Shown piece by piece: positions 10,594-20,573 of a DNA stretch of 64,000 bases (the first letter of the stretch is position 1; each line of letters begins with the position of its first letter). The DNA comes from Chitinophagaceae bacterium (GTDB taxonomy: Bacteria; Bacteroidota; Bacteroidia; Chitinophagales; Chitinophagaceae): contig JAIYAN010000013.1 in NCBI GenBank assembly GCA_027489035.1, forward strand, positions 4,141-68,140, given 5' to 3'. The notes beneath the pieces were generated by a model. The model was not told the DNA's origin and did no database searches. It saw only the letters and a list, made by a program, of their open reading frames with translations. The position numbers and the translations under genes were made by a program.

Positions 10594-10950
10594 ATGGAAA
10601 ACAAAACATGTCTGCATTGCAAAAAAATCATCAAAGGTAGAACGGATAAAAAATTCTGTGATGATTATTGTAGAAACATTTTTAACAATCAATTAAAATC
10701 TACAACCAATAATTTGGTAAGAAACACGAATAATATTTTAGGAAAAAATAGAAGAATTATTGAAAGCTTTTTTGAAGAAGAGATCAACTATATAAAAATA
10801 AAAAAGGAAATACTAATCAATAATGGATTTCTATTTTCTTATAATACAAAGTCTAAAAAATTGGCAAAAGGTTCGTATATCTATTACTGTTATGATTATG
10901 CATTTCTCCCCATTTCTGAAGATTATTGTATTTTGATTAAAGAAATTTAG
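10594..10950 (+). CDS. Zn-ribbon hypothetical protein divergent from ssb
   Basis: CLHCKKIIKGRTDKKFCDDYCRNIFNN. Confidence 0.7.
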   Translation: MENKTCLHCKKIIKGRTDKKFCDDYCRNIFNNQLKSTTNNLVRNTNNILGKNRRIIESFFEEEINYIKIKKEILINNGFLFSYNTKSKKLAKGSYIYYCYDYAFLPISEDYCILIKEI

Positions 10951-10955
10951 ACTTA

Positions 10956-11456
10956 TTATTGTCTACATAATTTTTTAATTTCCTCAGAAAGTTCGGGGAA
11001 TTCTTTTATTAAATCATCTGCTTTTGCCAATTCAAAATCGTTGAAATCAAAACCCGGCGAAACAGTACATCCAACAAAACAAAATGCTGCATGATCAGCA
11101 GGAATACTTGCAAACCAACAATTGGCAGGAACAACATACTGAAATACTTCTCCATTTTCAATATCATTGCCCAATTTTATGATATCTAATTTTCCTTCGG
11201 CGTTAATAACGTACACCAATAGGGTTTGTCCAGCATAAAAATGCCAGCATTCATCACTTTTAATTTTATGAAATGCAGAAAAATTTCCCTGTTCCAATAA
11301 AAAATAAATGGCTGTGCTAAAAACCCTGCCTTCTGTAAAATTTGAAGGCAGGGCGCTTTGTATAATATTGTTGCTGCTTCTATACGTTTCTTTGTACCAC
11401 CCTCCTTCTGGATGTGGTAAAAGGCCATAATGAGAAATTAGTTTTTCAACAGTCAT
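10956..11456 (-). CDS. Cupin-superfamily protein (DUF985 / Cupin_5 type)
   Basis: LLPHPEGGWYKETYRS, STAIYFLL, DECWHFYAG, GCTVSPGFDFNDF. Confidence 0.88.
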   Translation of the reverse strand: MTVEKLISHYGLLPHPEGGWYKETYRSSNNIIQSALPSNFTEGRVFSTAIYFLLEQGNFSAFHKIKSDECWHFYAGQTLLVYVINAEGKLDIIKLGNDIENGEVFQYVVPANCWFASIPADHAAFCFVGCTVSPGFDFNDFELAKADDLIKEFPELSEEIKKLCRQ

Positions 11457-11459
11457 TTT

Positions 11460-12095
11460 TTATAAATTATCATATTCATAAAGATGGTCAATATGTGTAC
11501 CTGGTTCCATTTCATAAACTGGTTTTATAATTCCATCGTTCAAACCATAAACCCATCCATGTAAATGTGGGCGTTGATTGTTTTTCCAAGCTCTTTGAAT
11601 AATTGATGTTTTGGCTAGATTCATAACCTGTTCCATTACATTGTATTCAATTAATCTGTTTGTACGATCTTCTTCATTTTCAATTTTATCAATCTCATCT
11701 CTGTGAATTCTATAAACATCTTTAATACTTCGCAACCATTTATTAATAATACCTAATGACTGATTTCCCATAGCGGCTTTAACTCCCCCACATCCGTAAT
11801 GACCACAAACAATAATGTGTTTTACTTTTAAAACTTCTACAGCGTATTCTAAAACACTTAATAAATTTATGTCTGTATGAACCACCATATTGGCAATATT
11901 TCTATGCACAAATATTTCGCCAGGTTGAGTTCCGGTAATTTTATCTGCGGGCACCCTACTATCACTACAGCCTATCCATAAAAATTCCGGAGATTGGATA
12001 TGTGATAATCTAGAAAAAAATTCCGGATCTATTTGTACTTGTTCTTTAGCCCATGCTTTATTTTCTAACAATAATTTCTCGTATACGTTTATCAT
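11460..12095 (-). CDS. can: Beta-class carbonic anhydrase
   Basis: WIGCSDSRVP, FVHRNIAN, CGHYGCGGV zinc motifs. Confidence 0.96.
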   Translation of the reverse strand: MINVYEKLLLENKAWAKEQVQIDPEFFSRLSHIQSPEFLWIGCSDSRVPADKITGTQPGEIFVHRNIANMVVHTDINLLSVLEYAVEVLKVKHIIVCGHYGCGGVKAAMGNQSLGIINKWLRSIKDVYRIHRDEIDKIENEEDRTNRLIEYNVMEQVMNLAKTSIIQRAWKNNQRPHLHGWVYGLNDGIIKPVYEMEPGTHIDHLYEYDNL

Positions 12096-12158
12096 TTTTT
12101 GTTTTTTTTGAAGATAAATAAATATATAGTTTTTAAATCAGTTTTAATTTGTATTTAA

Positions 12159-13709
12159 TTAATTTGTTTCTAATAATTGATGCAGTTTATTGTGTTCATT
12201 TTTTTTGATAGTACAATTTATGTTTTTCAACGCAGCATGTTTAATAAATTCATTTATGGTATCAATTACGTCTTTATCAATATGTTCGGCATGCACTAAA
12301 TCAATAATGATGTTGGAATTTTCTGGAATTTCTTCCAACTTCTTTTTTAAAAGCGGTTTTATAAAAAAGGAAACATCTTTTCTCAATCTTATTAAAACAT
12401 TGTTTCCTTCAGAAATAGAAAAAATAGCAGATCTATAATTGCTTCTAATCACGTAAAACAACCCAATGAAAATACCAATAATTACCCCTTTTAATAAGTC
12501 GGTTAAAATGATACTTATAATTGTAATAACAAAAGGCATAAACTGATCCCAACCTTTTTGATAATATTCTTTAAACAAAGTGATTTTTGCCAATTTATAC
12601 CCTGTAAATACTAGGATAGCAGCCAATGCTGCTTTTGGAATTAAGTTTAAAACATTGGGTAAAAATACTACACAGATTAAAATGAGCAATCCGTGAATAA
12701 TTGTACTCGATTTTGTTTTTGCTCCAGCATTTACATTGGCGCTGCTTCGTACAATTACACTGGTGAGTGGAAGACCACCCAACAATCCACTTGTCATGTT
12801 TCCCAATCCTTGTGCAATTAATTCTCGATTCGTTGGTGTTACTCTTTTTAAAGGATCTAATTTATCAACAGCTTCAATGCCTAAAAGGGTTTCAAGTGAT
12901 GCTACCATGGCTAAAGTAAAGCCAACAACCCATACATCGGCATTGTTTAAAAATCCCCAGTTTGGAAATTTTAAAAAGCTAAAAAACTCGTTGGCTGTAT
13001 TTGCAATTGGAATATTAACCAAATGTGCGTTTCTATCTGTTATCGGATTTTCGATATTACCCAAAAATTGATTTAGCAATACGCCAATAATAACCACGCA
13101 TAAAGGCCCACTAAACAATTGAAAAAACTTTAAAGATTTTATTTTTTTATTTTCATAAATTATTAAAATAACAATTCCAATTAATCCAATAATTATTGCA
13201 TTTGGTGTAAAATGATTTATACCATTTAAAATAGAGGAAAAAGTATTTTCGCCTGAAATTTGAAAAAAGGTTTCATCGCCTTCATAATCTTTATCATAAC
13301 CAACTAAATGAGGCACTTGTTTTAAAATTAGAATAATACCAATTGCTGCCAACATTCCTTTGATAACGCTATTTGGAATATAATCGCCAATGATACCCAA
13401 TTTAAATACACCCATTAAAATTTGGAATGCACCAGCAATGACAACAGCTAAAAAGAAAGCTTCAATAGCAGGAACTTTCAAAACGCCGGCTGCTACAATG
13501 GCTGTTAATCCGGCTGCAGGACCACTTACACTTAATTGACTGCCACTAATGATTCCAACAACAATTCCACCAACTACACCAGCAATAATACCACTCATCT
13601 CGTTAACACCACTTGCAACAGCAATGCCCAAGCAAAGAGGAATTGCCACCAAAAAAACCACCAATGATGCAGAAAAATCTGCGCCAATATTTTGAATATA
13701 TTTTTTCAT
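12159..13709 (-). CDS. SulP/SLC26-family anion (probably bicarbonate) transporter
   Basis: VAIPLCLGIAVASG, VSGPAAGL, RELIAQGLGN, VIVRSSAN; directly upstream of the carbonic anhydrase. Confidence 0.92.
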   Translation of the reverse strand: MKKYIQNIGADFSASLVVFLVAIPLCLGIAVASGVNEMSGIIAGVVGGIVVGIISGSQLSVSGPAAGLTAIVAAGVLKVPAIEAFFLAVVIAGAFQILMGVFKLGIIGDYIPNSVIKGMLAAIGIILILKQVPHLVGYDKDYEGDETFFQISGENTFSSILNGINHFTPNAIIIGLIGIVILIIYENKKIKSLKFFQLFSGPLCVVIIGVLLNQFLGNIENPITDRNAHLVNIPIANTANEFFSFLKFPNWGFLNNADVWVVGFTLAMVASLETLLGIEAVDKLDPLKRVTPTNRELIAQGLGNMTSGLLGGLPLTSVIVRSSANVNAGAKTKSSTIIHGLLILICVVFLPNVLNLIPKAALAAILVFTGYKLAKITLFKEYYQKGWDQFMPFVITIISIILTDLLKGVIIGIFIGLFYVIRSNYRSAIFSISEGNNVLIRLRKDVSFFIKPLLKKKLEEIPENSNIIIDLVHAEHIDKDVIDTINEFIKHAALKNINCTIKKNEHNKLHQLLETN

Positions 13710-13847
13710 AAAAAATTAAAATAAATCTGAAAATGAAATTAATTAATCTAATTAAGAATAATTTTTAAAAAATGATTTTTGAGAAAGTTCAAACAGAATT
13801 AAATATTCATTTTAATAATTATGAAATCTAAAAAATCTAAAAAATTA

Positions 13848-14183
13848 TTAAGCGAATAAATTTGGAGGAGGTCCGTCCTTATCAATAAAAGGAGCAGAAA
13901 TTATTTCTACGGAGAAAAATAAATTTTTATTACAATTATTAAATACAAAAAGATTTATTAATGACTCATGAAGTGAAACATATTTTTCTTTTTGATTTTT
14001 TTCAGTTTCATCATCACCTTCATCATCCGAATCTTTTTCGTTTTTTTCGATATTGAAAGATTTTTTTAAAGATGATACTTCTTTTTTATTAATGTAATTA
14101 TGTAAAAAACAAATGTTTTCTATTATGCTGAGGTAATTAACAGAAATAACAATTAATAAAAAAAGGGTAATTAATTTTTTCAC
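13848..14183 (-). CDS. Hypothetical small exported/membrane protein upstream of SulP
   Basis: 111-aa ORF with hydrophobic N-terminus, acidic patch and PP near the C-terminus. Confidence 0.5.
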   Translation of the reverse strand: MKKLITLFLLIVISVNYLSIIENICFLHNYINKKEVSSLKKSFNIEKNEKDSDDEGDDETEKNQKEKYVSLHESLINLFVFNNCNKNLFFSVEIISAPFIDKDGPPPNLFA

Positions 14184-14329
14184 AAAGTGGGTATTAAAAC
14201 TTAAACCAAATTTAAGTTTAAAAAATTAGTTTCAATCAATTTTAAAGACATCTCACCGTAATATATTTCGACACTAATCAACATTTCTTCTCAATCTTGT
14301 ATTTAGTCTTTCGAACTAATTGAACATTT

Positions 14330-14360
14330 AACGCCAAACGCCAAACCACAAACTCGCAAA
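14330..14360. repeat. 7-bp periodic intergenic repeat (AACGCCA/AAACCAC type)
   Basis: aacgccaaacgccaaaccacaaac; related units at 25841-25900. Confidence 0.6.
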
Positions 14361-14382
14361 TCAATAATAATAAAAAATGAAA

Positions 14383-15138
14383 CTATATATTCATTCCACC
14401 ACAAGCGCTTATCGTTTGTCCTGTTACATAACTACCCATGTCCGAAGCAAGAAACAAACAAACGTTGGCAATATCTTCAGCTGATGCAAATCGGCCTAAA
14501 GGAATTAAAGATTTATATTTATCTGCACTATTTCCATCTTGTAAATAACTGGTCATATCTGTTTCTACAAATCCAGGAGCAACGGCATTGCAACGGATAT
14601 TTCTACTTCCCAATTCTTTAGCAACGCTTTTTGTAAATCCAATAACACCAGCTTTACTTGCTGCATAACTTGCTTGTCCTGCATTTCCCATTTCACCAAT
14701 TACACTGCTCATGTTTATGATGCTTCCCGATTTTGCTTTCATCATCGGCTTAATAACTTGTTTGGTCATATTAAAAACGCTATTCAAATTCACTTGAATT
14801 ACTTCATTCCATTGTTCAACACTCATGCGCAACAACAAATTATCTTTAGAAATACCGGCATTGTTTACACAAATATCAACTTGTCCAAACTCAGCAATAA
14901 CATCATTTACAAAAGTTTCGCATGCATTAAAATCTGCGGCATTGCTTTGATAAGCTTTAGCTTTTACACCCATCGCAGTAATTTTTTCAACCAGTGCGTT
15001 TGCTTTATCACGACTGCCATCACTAACATAAGTAAATGCGACATGAGCGCCTTCTTGTGCAAATTTTAACGCAACAGCTTCTCCGATTCCTCTTGCAGCT
15101 CCTGTTACAATGGCAACTTTTCCTGATAGTAAATTCAT
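14383..15138 (-). CDS. fabG: 3-oxoacyl-ACP reductase
   Basis: TGAARGIG, NNAGISKDNLLLRM, YAASK, GNAGQASY. Confidence 0.92.
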   Translation of the reverse strand: MNLLSGKVAIVTGAARGIGEAVALKFAQEGAHVAFTYVSDGSRDKANALVEKITAMGVKAKAYQSNAADFNACETFVNDVIAEFGQVDICVNNAGISKDNLLLRMSVEQWNEVIQVNLNSVFNMTKQVIKPMMKAKSGSIINMSSVIGEMGNAGQASYAASKAGVIGFTKSVAKELGSRNIRCNAVAPGFVETDMTSYLQDGNSADKYKSLIPLGRFASAEDIANVCLFLASDMGSYVTGQTISACGGMNI

Positions 15139-15210
15139 TTTTGTAATTGCTTTATATGATTTTAATAGAAAATTATGTATTGCGAAAGTAATAAATAAAA
15201 TAGGACCACA

Positions 15211-16716
15211 TTAAATCAGGGTTAGAATTTCTTCTAAAATTTTACGGTCATTACAAAGTCGAGGTATTTTATGTTGGCCACCCAATTTGTTTTTACTCAA
15301 AAGCCATTTGTTGAAAACGCCATTGGGTAAGATTTGAATTTTTGGAAGTTCAAGTGCAATATTGCCAGCACGCTTGGCTTCATAATCGCTGTTTAAAGAT
15401 TTTAATGCGTTATCCAATTCAATGGTAAACTTATTTAAATTAGTTGGTTGTTGTTCAAATTCGATAAGCCATTCGTGGGCACCATTATGTGTTTCAGAAA
15501 AAAATATTGGTGCAGCCGTATAGTCTAAAACTCGTGAATTGGTGATTTGCGCTGCAATAGCAATGGCGCGATCACTATTTTCTACAATGAGTTCTTCACC
15601 AAAAGCATTTATGTAATGTTTTAACCTACCGGTTACCTTTATACGATAAGGATTAATGGAAGTAAACGAAACGGTATCTCCAACCAAATATCTCCACAAA
15701 CCACCAGCAGTGCTGATGATAAGCGCATAGTTTTGATTAAGTTTTACTTTATCTAATCCAATGGTTAAAGGTGTTGGCTTTCCATATTCTTCAACGGGCA
15801 TAAATTCGTAAAATATTCCATGCTCAGTAAAAAGCGTCATTCCATCATCGTTTGGATTTTCCTGACCAGCAAAAAAACCTTCACTGGCATTATAAATTTC
15901 AAGATAATTAATTGGTGCGCCCATGATTTTTTCAAACTGTTCACGGTAAGGGATAAACGAAACACCACCATGAATATATAATTCAAGATTTGGCCAAACT
16001 TCTTTGATGCAATTTTTTTCTTTGATTTCTAAAATTCTTTTTAGCAATAACAATGTCCATGTAGGAACCCCGGCGATTGATGTTACATTTTCATCTGCTG
16101 TTGCAGTAGCTAGCTTTTCAATTTTATCTGTCCAATTATCTAAAAGTGCCACACTTAATTCGGGTGTTCTAAGCCATTGTCCCCAAAACGGTGTGTTTTG
16201 CATCAACACGGCACTTAAATCACCATATTGAATTTCGTCATTAACTTGATTTAATTGATGCGAACCGCCTACCACTAATCCTTTGCCTGTAAGCAAATCG
16301 CTTGAAGGAAAATTATTGTAGTAATTGGCTAATACATCTTTACTGGCTTTAAAGTGATTTTCTTGCAAGCTTTCTTCGCTAACAGGAATGAATTTGCTTT
16401 TGCTGCTTGTGGTGCCGCTACTTTTCGCAAACCATTTTACGGGTGTATTCCATAAAATATTTTCTTCACCGTTCATCATTTTTTCTATAAATGGAGCGGT
16501 GTTTTCGTATTCTTGAATGGGAACGTTAGCCTTGAACGCTTTAAGTGAATAAAGGTTTGAAAAATGATGTGCTTTTCCGAAATCGGTGTATTGGGCTGTA
16601 GTAACAAGGTCTTGTAAAACATCTCGTTGTGCAGCAACAGGATGATTTCTCCAATTCTTAATTCGCCAAATACGCATTCTGGCAATTTTTGATATTGCAG
16701 GAGCAAGAAACTTCAT
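15211..16716 (-). CDS. GH3-family acyl-adenylate synthetase-like protein
   Basis: FAKSSGTTSSKSKFIP, YNASEGFF, LWRYLVGDTV, GGQHKIPRL. Confidence 0.9.
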   Translation of the reverse strand: MKFLAPAISKIARMRIWRIKNWRNHPVAAQRDVLQDLVTTAQYTDFGKAHHFSNLYSLKAFKANVPIQEYENTAPFIEKMMNGEENILWNTPVKWFAKSSGTTSSKSKFIPVSEESLQENHFKASKDVLANYYNNFPSSDLLTGKGLVVGGSHQLNQVNDEIQYGDLSAVLMQNTPFWGQWLRTPELSVALLDNWTDKIEKLATATADENVTSIAGVPTWTLLLLKRILEIKEKNCIKEVWPNLELYIHGGVSFIPYREQFEKIMGAPINYLEIYNASEGFFAGQENPNDDGMTLFTEHGIFYEFMPVEEYGKPTPLTIGLDKVKLNQNYALIISTAGGLWRYLVGDTVSFTSINPYRIKVTGRLKHYINAFGEELIVENSDRAIAIAAQITNSRVLDYTAAPIFFSETHNGAHEWLIEFEQQPTNLNKFTIELDNALKSLNSDYEAKRAGNIALELPKIQILPNGVFNKWLLSKNKLGGQHKIPRLCNDRKILEEILTLI

Positions 16717-16792
16717 TTATGAAAGATATGAAAATATGCTGATGAATGAAAAACGATGTTTTATTTAGATATAACCTTGTTTTAGAAAATAT

Positions 16793-17593
16793 TTATTCTT
16801 TTAATTTCGAATCTTCTAAATCTTCATTTGACGCTTGTTCGTGGAGATAGTCTTTTCTTTTTAATTCAAAATTTCTACCTAGATATAATCTACGCACTTG
16901 TTCGTCGCTTGCCAATTCTTCGGCAGTGCCGTGTTTAAATATTTTTCCATCAATTAGTAAATACGCTCGATCACAAATAGATAAGGTTTCATTTACATTA
17001 TGATCGGTTATTAGGATACCAATGTTTTTGTATTTCAGTTTGGCAATAATTTCTTGAATGTCTTCAACTGCGATAGGATCCACGCCAGCAAAGGGCTCAT
17101 CTAGTAAAATAAATTTTGGATTTACAGCAAGCGCTCTCGCAATCTCCGTTCTTCTTCTTTCTCCCCCACTAAGTGTATCGCCATTGTTTTTTCGTACATG
17201 CTGCAACCTGAATTCGTTTAATAACGATTCTAGTTTTTCTTTCTGTTCAGATTTTTTAAGCTTTGTCATTTCCAAAACTGCCGTAATGTTATCTTCAACA
17301 CTAAGCTTTCTAAAAACACTTGCTTCTTGAGGTAAATAACCAATACCCAATTGCGCGCGTTTGTACATAGGCAACTTGGTGATATTGGTATCGTTTAAAA
17401 AAACTTCACCTTGATCGGATTTAACCAAACCTACTACTTGGTAAAACGATGTGGTTTTTCCAGCACCATTTGGACCGAGCAAACCAACGATTTCACCCTG
17501 ACTTACATCAAAGGAAACGTCGTTAACAACAGTTCTACTGCCGTATACCTTTACAAGATTTTTGCTGTATATGGTTAAATTCATTACATACAA
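16793..17593 (-). CDS. lptB: LPS export ABC transporter ATPase
   Basis: [53 protein letters not shown]. Confidence 0.96.
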   Translation of the reverse strand: MYVMNLTIYSKNLVKVYGSRTVVNDVSFDVSQGEIVGLLGPNGAGKTTSFYQVVGLVKSDQGEVFLNDTNITKLPMYKRAQLGIGYLPQEASVFRKLSVEDNITAVLEMTKLKKSEQKEKLESLLNEFRLQHVRKNNGDTLSGGERRRTEIARALAVNPKFILLDEPFAGVDPIAVEDIQEIIAKLKYKNIGILITDHNVNETLSICDRAYLLIDGKIFKHGTAEELASDEQVRRLYLGRNFELKRKDYLHEQASNEDLEDSKLKE

Positions 17594-17811
17594 ATTTAGC
17601 GGATGTAAACTATTTGACGCATTAAACTTTATAAAATAGGCTGTTAATTGAAATAAATATTATCAATCTTTGATTTTCTTTTCAATAGGATTTATCTTCA
17701 CCATCGAAATAAATAAAACCAATCTTTTAAACAATTATTTTGAAAATAGTGTTTATAAAGAGTTCAAAGCGTAAAAACGATTTAAAGAAAGTTAATAAAT
17801 TTTAAAGAAAG

Positions 17812-18765
17812 ATGAAAGTAACAGACCATATCAATCAATCTAATAAAACCTTGGTATCATTTGAAATTTTACCACCGTTAAAAGGAAAAGGTATTCAATC
17901 TTTATATAGTCATTTAGACCCTTTGATGGAGTATAATCCTTCTTTTATAAATGTAACTTATCATAGAAGTGAGCATACCTTCAAAAAAAAGGCAGACGGC
18001 AGTTTTGAAAAAGTTGTCGTAAGAAAGCGTCCCGGAACAGAATCTATTTGTGCGTCTATCATGAATAAGTATAATGTAGATACGGTTCCACATTTGATAT
18101 GCGGTGGGTTTGGTATAAATGAAACGGAAGATGCGTTGATTAATTTAAATTATTTGGGGATAGATAATGTGTTGGTACTTCGTGGAGATGCGGCCAAAAA
18201 TGAAAGTGCATTTGAACCAGAACCAGGAGGTCATCAATTTGCTATTGACCTATTAAAGCAAGTTAAAAACTTGAATGATGGTATTTATTTGGAAGAGGAT
18301 TTGAAAAATACAATCAAAACAAAGTTTTGTATTGGTGTTGCGGGTTATCCAGAGAAGCATTTTGAGGCGCCAAATATGGAATCGGATTTGAAACATTTGA
18401 AAGCAAAAGTAGATGCGGGTGCAGATTATATCATTACACAAATGTTTTTTGACAATGCTAAGTATTTTGCATTTGTAAATGCATGTAGAGAAATTGGCAT
18501 AAACGTACCAATTATTCCAGGGTTGAAGCCGGTATATACCAAAAAACAGTTGACTATTTTACCAAAAACATTCCATATTGATTTACCAACGCCGTTATCA
18601 GAAGCGGTTCAGGCGTGTAAAACGGATTTAGATGTAGAAAAAATTGGGGAAGAATGGATGATTGAGCAATCAAAAGAATTGAAAAAAGCAGGTGTTCCAG
18701 TTTTGCACTATTATACATTAGGAAGACCAATGTTGGTCGCTAATGTTGTTAAAGAAGTTTTTTAA
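17812..18765 (+). CDS. metF: 5,10-methylenetetrahydrofolate reductase
   Basis: SFEILPP, VPHLICGG, LVLRGD, GVAGYPEKH, ITQMFFD, LHYYTLG. Confidence 0.95.
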   Translation: MKVTDHINQSNKTLVSFEILPPLKGKGIQSLYSHLDPLMEYNPSFINVTYHRSEHTFKKKADGSFEKVVVRKRPGTESICASIMNKYNVDTVPHLICGGFGINETEDALINLNYLGIDNVLVLRGDAAKNESAFEPEPGGHQFAIDLLKQVKNLNDGIYLEEDLKNTIKTKFCIGVAGYPEKHFEAPNMESDLKHLKAKVDAGADYIITQMFFDNAKYFAFVNACREIGINVPIIPGLKPVYTKKQLTILPKTFHIDLPTPLSEAVQACKTDLDVEKIGEEWMIEQSKELKKAGVPVLHYYTLGRPMLVANVVKEVF

Positions 18766-18846
18766 TTGCTTTTATTTTTTTAGAAATGTAATAATCTGGC
18801 ATCAATCATCGTTATAGGTTTATAAAAGTTTTAAAAAACGTAACCT

Positions 18847-19176
18847 ATGCCTAGATTATCAACACACCAAGAAGTAATTCTTGTACAAGGAACCAAATTT
18901 GCCAACAGGCAATATGCTGAAAATAACAGTATGCCAAATACAAACAACTATTTATCTCAACACGAAAAGTTAAAAGAAGCTTGTTGGAATGGTCAGTTGA
19001 AAGAAATGATGCCAGAATTATTTTTTATGTTTACGCCAGATACTAATTTATTTTTATGGCAAATGCGTGAAGGGGAAAAAGTAATAACCATGGAATTATC
19101 GGAAGAGCCAACAGAATTGGATTTCCATGCGTCTATTGATCCATATATTTTTATGGAGATTCAGGAGTATAATTAG
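18847..19176 (+). CDS. Hypothetical protein
   Basis: 109-aa ORF with normal codon usage, followed by a terminator. Confidence 0.7.
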   Translation: MPRLSTHQEVILVQGTKFANRQYAENNSMPNTNNYLSQHEKLKEACWNGQLKEMMPELFFMFTPDTNLFLWQMREGEKVITMELSEEPTELDFHASIDPYIFMEIQEYN

Positions 19177-19201
19177 AAAGATGTTTATAAAATAAAAATT
19201 T

Positions 19202-19230
19202 AGTCGTTTCAATTTGGAACGACTTTTTTT
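19202..19230 (+). terminator. Intrinsic terminator
   Basis: AGTCGTT...AACGACT followed by a T-run. Confidence 0.75.
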
Positions 19231-19234
19231 ATTT

Positions 19235-19351
19235 AACACGAAGGCACAAAGACTCGAAGGCACGAAATTTTTTTAATAGAAAGTTGCGAATAAACAGAAA
19301 ATGCTAACAAACTTTTGAACTTCATAAACCTCACAAACCTCATAAACCTCG
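19235..19351. repeat. Mosaic of 8-bp (CACGAAGG-like) and 9-bp (AAACCTCAC-like) periodic repeats
   Basis: aacacgaaggcacaaagactcgaaggcacg and aaacctcacaaacctcataaacctc. Confidence 0.8.
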
Positions 19352-19360
19352 TTTTAAAAT

Positions 19361-19392
19361 AAAAAACCGCCTCAATAATTTGAGGCGGTTTT
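19361..19392 (-). terminator. Intrinsic terminator (bidirectional; T-run on - strand)
   Basis: AAAAAACCGCCTCA-ATAATT-TGAGGCGGTTTT. Confidence 0.8.
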
Positions 19393-19745
19393 AATTTTTT
19401 TGAATACCATTTTTGGTATCAGATTGTCGGATTGTTTAAAAAGGGTTAAGGATCATTTGGTTTTATTTTCATAGGTTTTGGTTTCAGCCATTATCGCTTT
19501 TTACAGCATAGGCCAGGATATTGGATTTGGTTTTTTCATAGTTTTTTAAAGAACTTTTTTAAAAAATAGAAGTTGATTGATTTTTGGTTTTTTTGGATAT
19601 TGAAAAGAACGTTTAAATTCTTTTGGATTTTGTTTGGATAGATATTTAATTCATTTTCTATCAATCAACTTCTTACACAAAGATGCGTCGATATTAGTTG
19701 CTCTACAAGAGCATTATTGCCCTTTTTTCGCAATGATGTAATTAC
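19393..19745 (-). ncRNA. Putative sRNA / small-peptide locus 1 (with promoter block 19675-19745)
   Basis: No long ORF. Bounded by a promoter-like block shared with 21004-21074 and by the terminator at 19361. Contains the conserved hairpin at 19487-19513. Confidence 0.45.
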
Positions 19746-19845
19746 ATGTTGGATAGTAAATAAACCTGGATTTTTGTTGGGGAAGTACGTTGAAGAAAGA
19801 ACGTATTTATACGTTTTTGAAGTGGCCATTGAATAATTATGGCAT

Positions 19846-19879
19846 AAAAAAACCCAGCTAAATTTAAGCTGGGTTTTTT
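19846..19879 (-). terminator. Intrinsic terminator after lipoprotein gene
   Basis: AAAAAACCCAGCT-AAATTTA-AGCTGGGTTTTTT. Confidence 0.8.
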
Positions 19880-19896
19880 AAAAAAATTAGGCGGAA

Positions 19897-20448
19897 TTAT
19901 TTGTCTTGTAATAAAACTTCTTTTCCGTTATCTAAAATCATGATTTTTTGTTTTTCGTTTCTGAAGTTTTTATAAACGCCACCATATCCACTTACTTCAG
20001 CTTTGTATACATAAAAAATTAAGTAACTTTTTTCAGTAATGGTATACATTGGGTGAACAAGCACATCAGCACTTGAATTTTCTAAAGCATTGTAAGCAGC
20101 TGCAGCTTTAACTTTTCCAACTGCGTCTCCAGTAGCAATTGTTTTAAAAATCTTAAAAGGGTTCAAAAATGAAAGTAATTTTTCAGTTGTTTTTGCTTCA
20201 GCAGAATAGTTTATGTTGTCTGCGTATTTGTTATCACCAGAAAGGCGGAAGAATAAAAAATAAGAAGATGAACTTTCTCCTTTTAATTTTTTTGATTGAT
20301 CAACAGAAAGATCTGCTTTAATTGGATCTAATTCAACACTTCTAGATAGAATTGGAGCAGATTGCATTGCTTTGTTTACTGTTGAACAAGAAGTAAAAAA
20401 AGTTACAGTAGCAAACGCTAAAAGTAAAAATACATTTGTTTTTTTCAT
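19897..20448 (-). CDS. Hypothetical lipoprotein
   Basis: Signal peptide with lipobox (FFTSC); KAAAAYNALENSSADVLVHPMY. Confidence 0.75.
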   Translation of the reverse strand: MKKTNVFLLLAFATVTFFTSCSTVNKAMQSAPILSRSVELDPIKADLSVDQSKKLKGESSSSYFLFFRLSGDNKYADNINYSAEAKTTEKLLSFLNPFKIFKTIATGDAVGKVKAAAAYNALENSSADVLVHPMYTITEKSYLIFYVYKAEVSGYGGVYKNFRNEKQKIMILDNGKEVLLQDK

Positions 20449-20541
20449 GATAAAATTTTTGGGTTATTGATATGAATAATTTCAAATTTATGAAATATTT
20501 ATTATAAAACGAAAGCGTTTATAATTATTTAATATTTATAT

Positions 20542-20573
20542 AAAAAAGAGGCTGCCCTTTTAAGACAGCCTCT
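20542..20573 (-). terminator. Intrinsic terminator
   Basis: AAAAA-AGAGGCTG...CAGCCTCT; U-run on - strand. Confidence 0.75.

Noticed and set aside
17594-17811. SAM riboswitch upstream of metF
   Set aside because: No recognisable SAM-I or SAM-II consensus in this AT-rich spacer.
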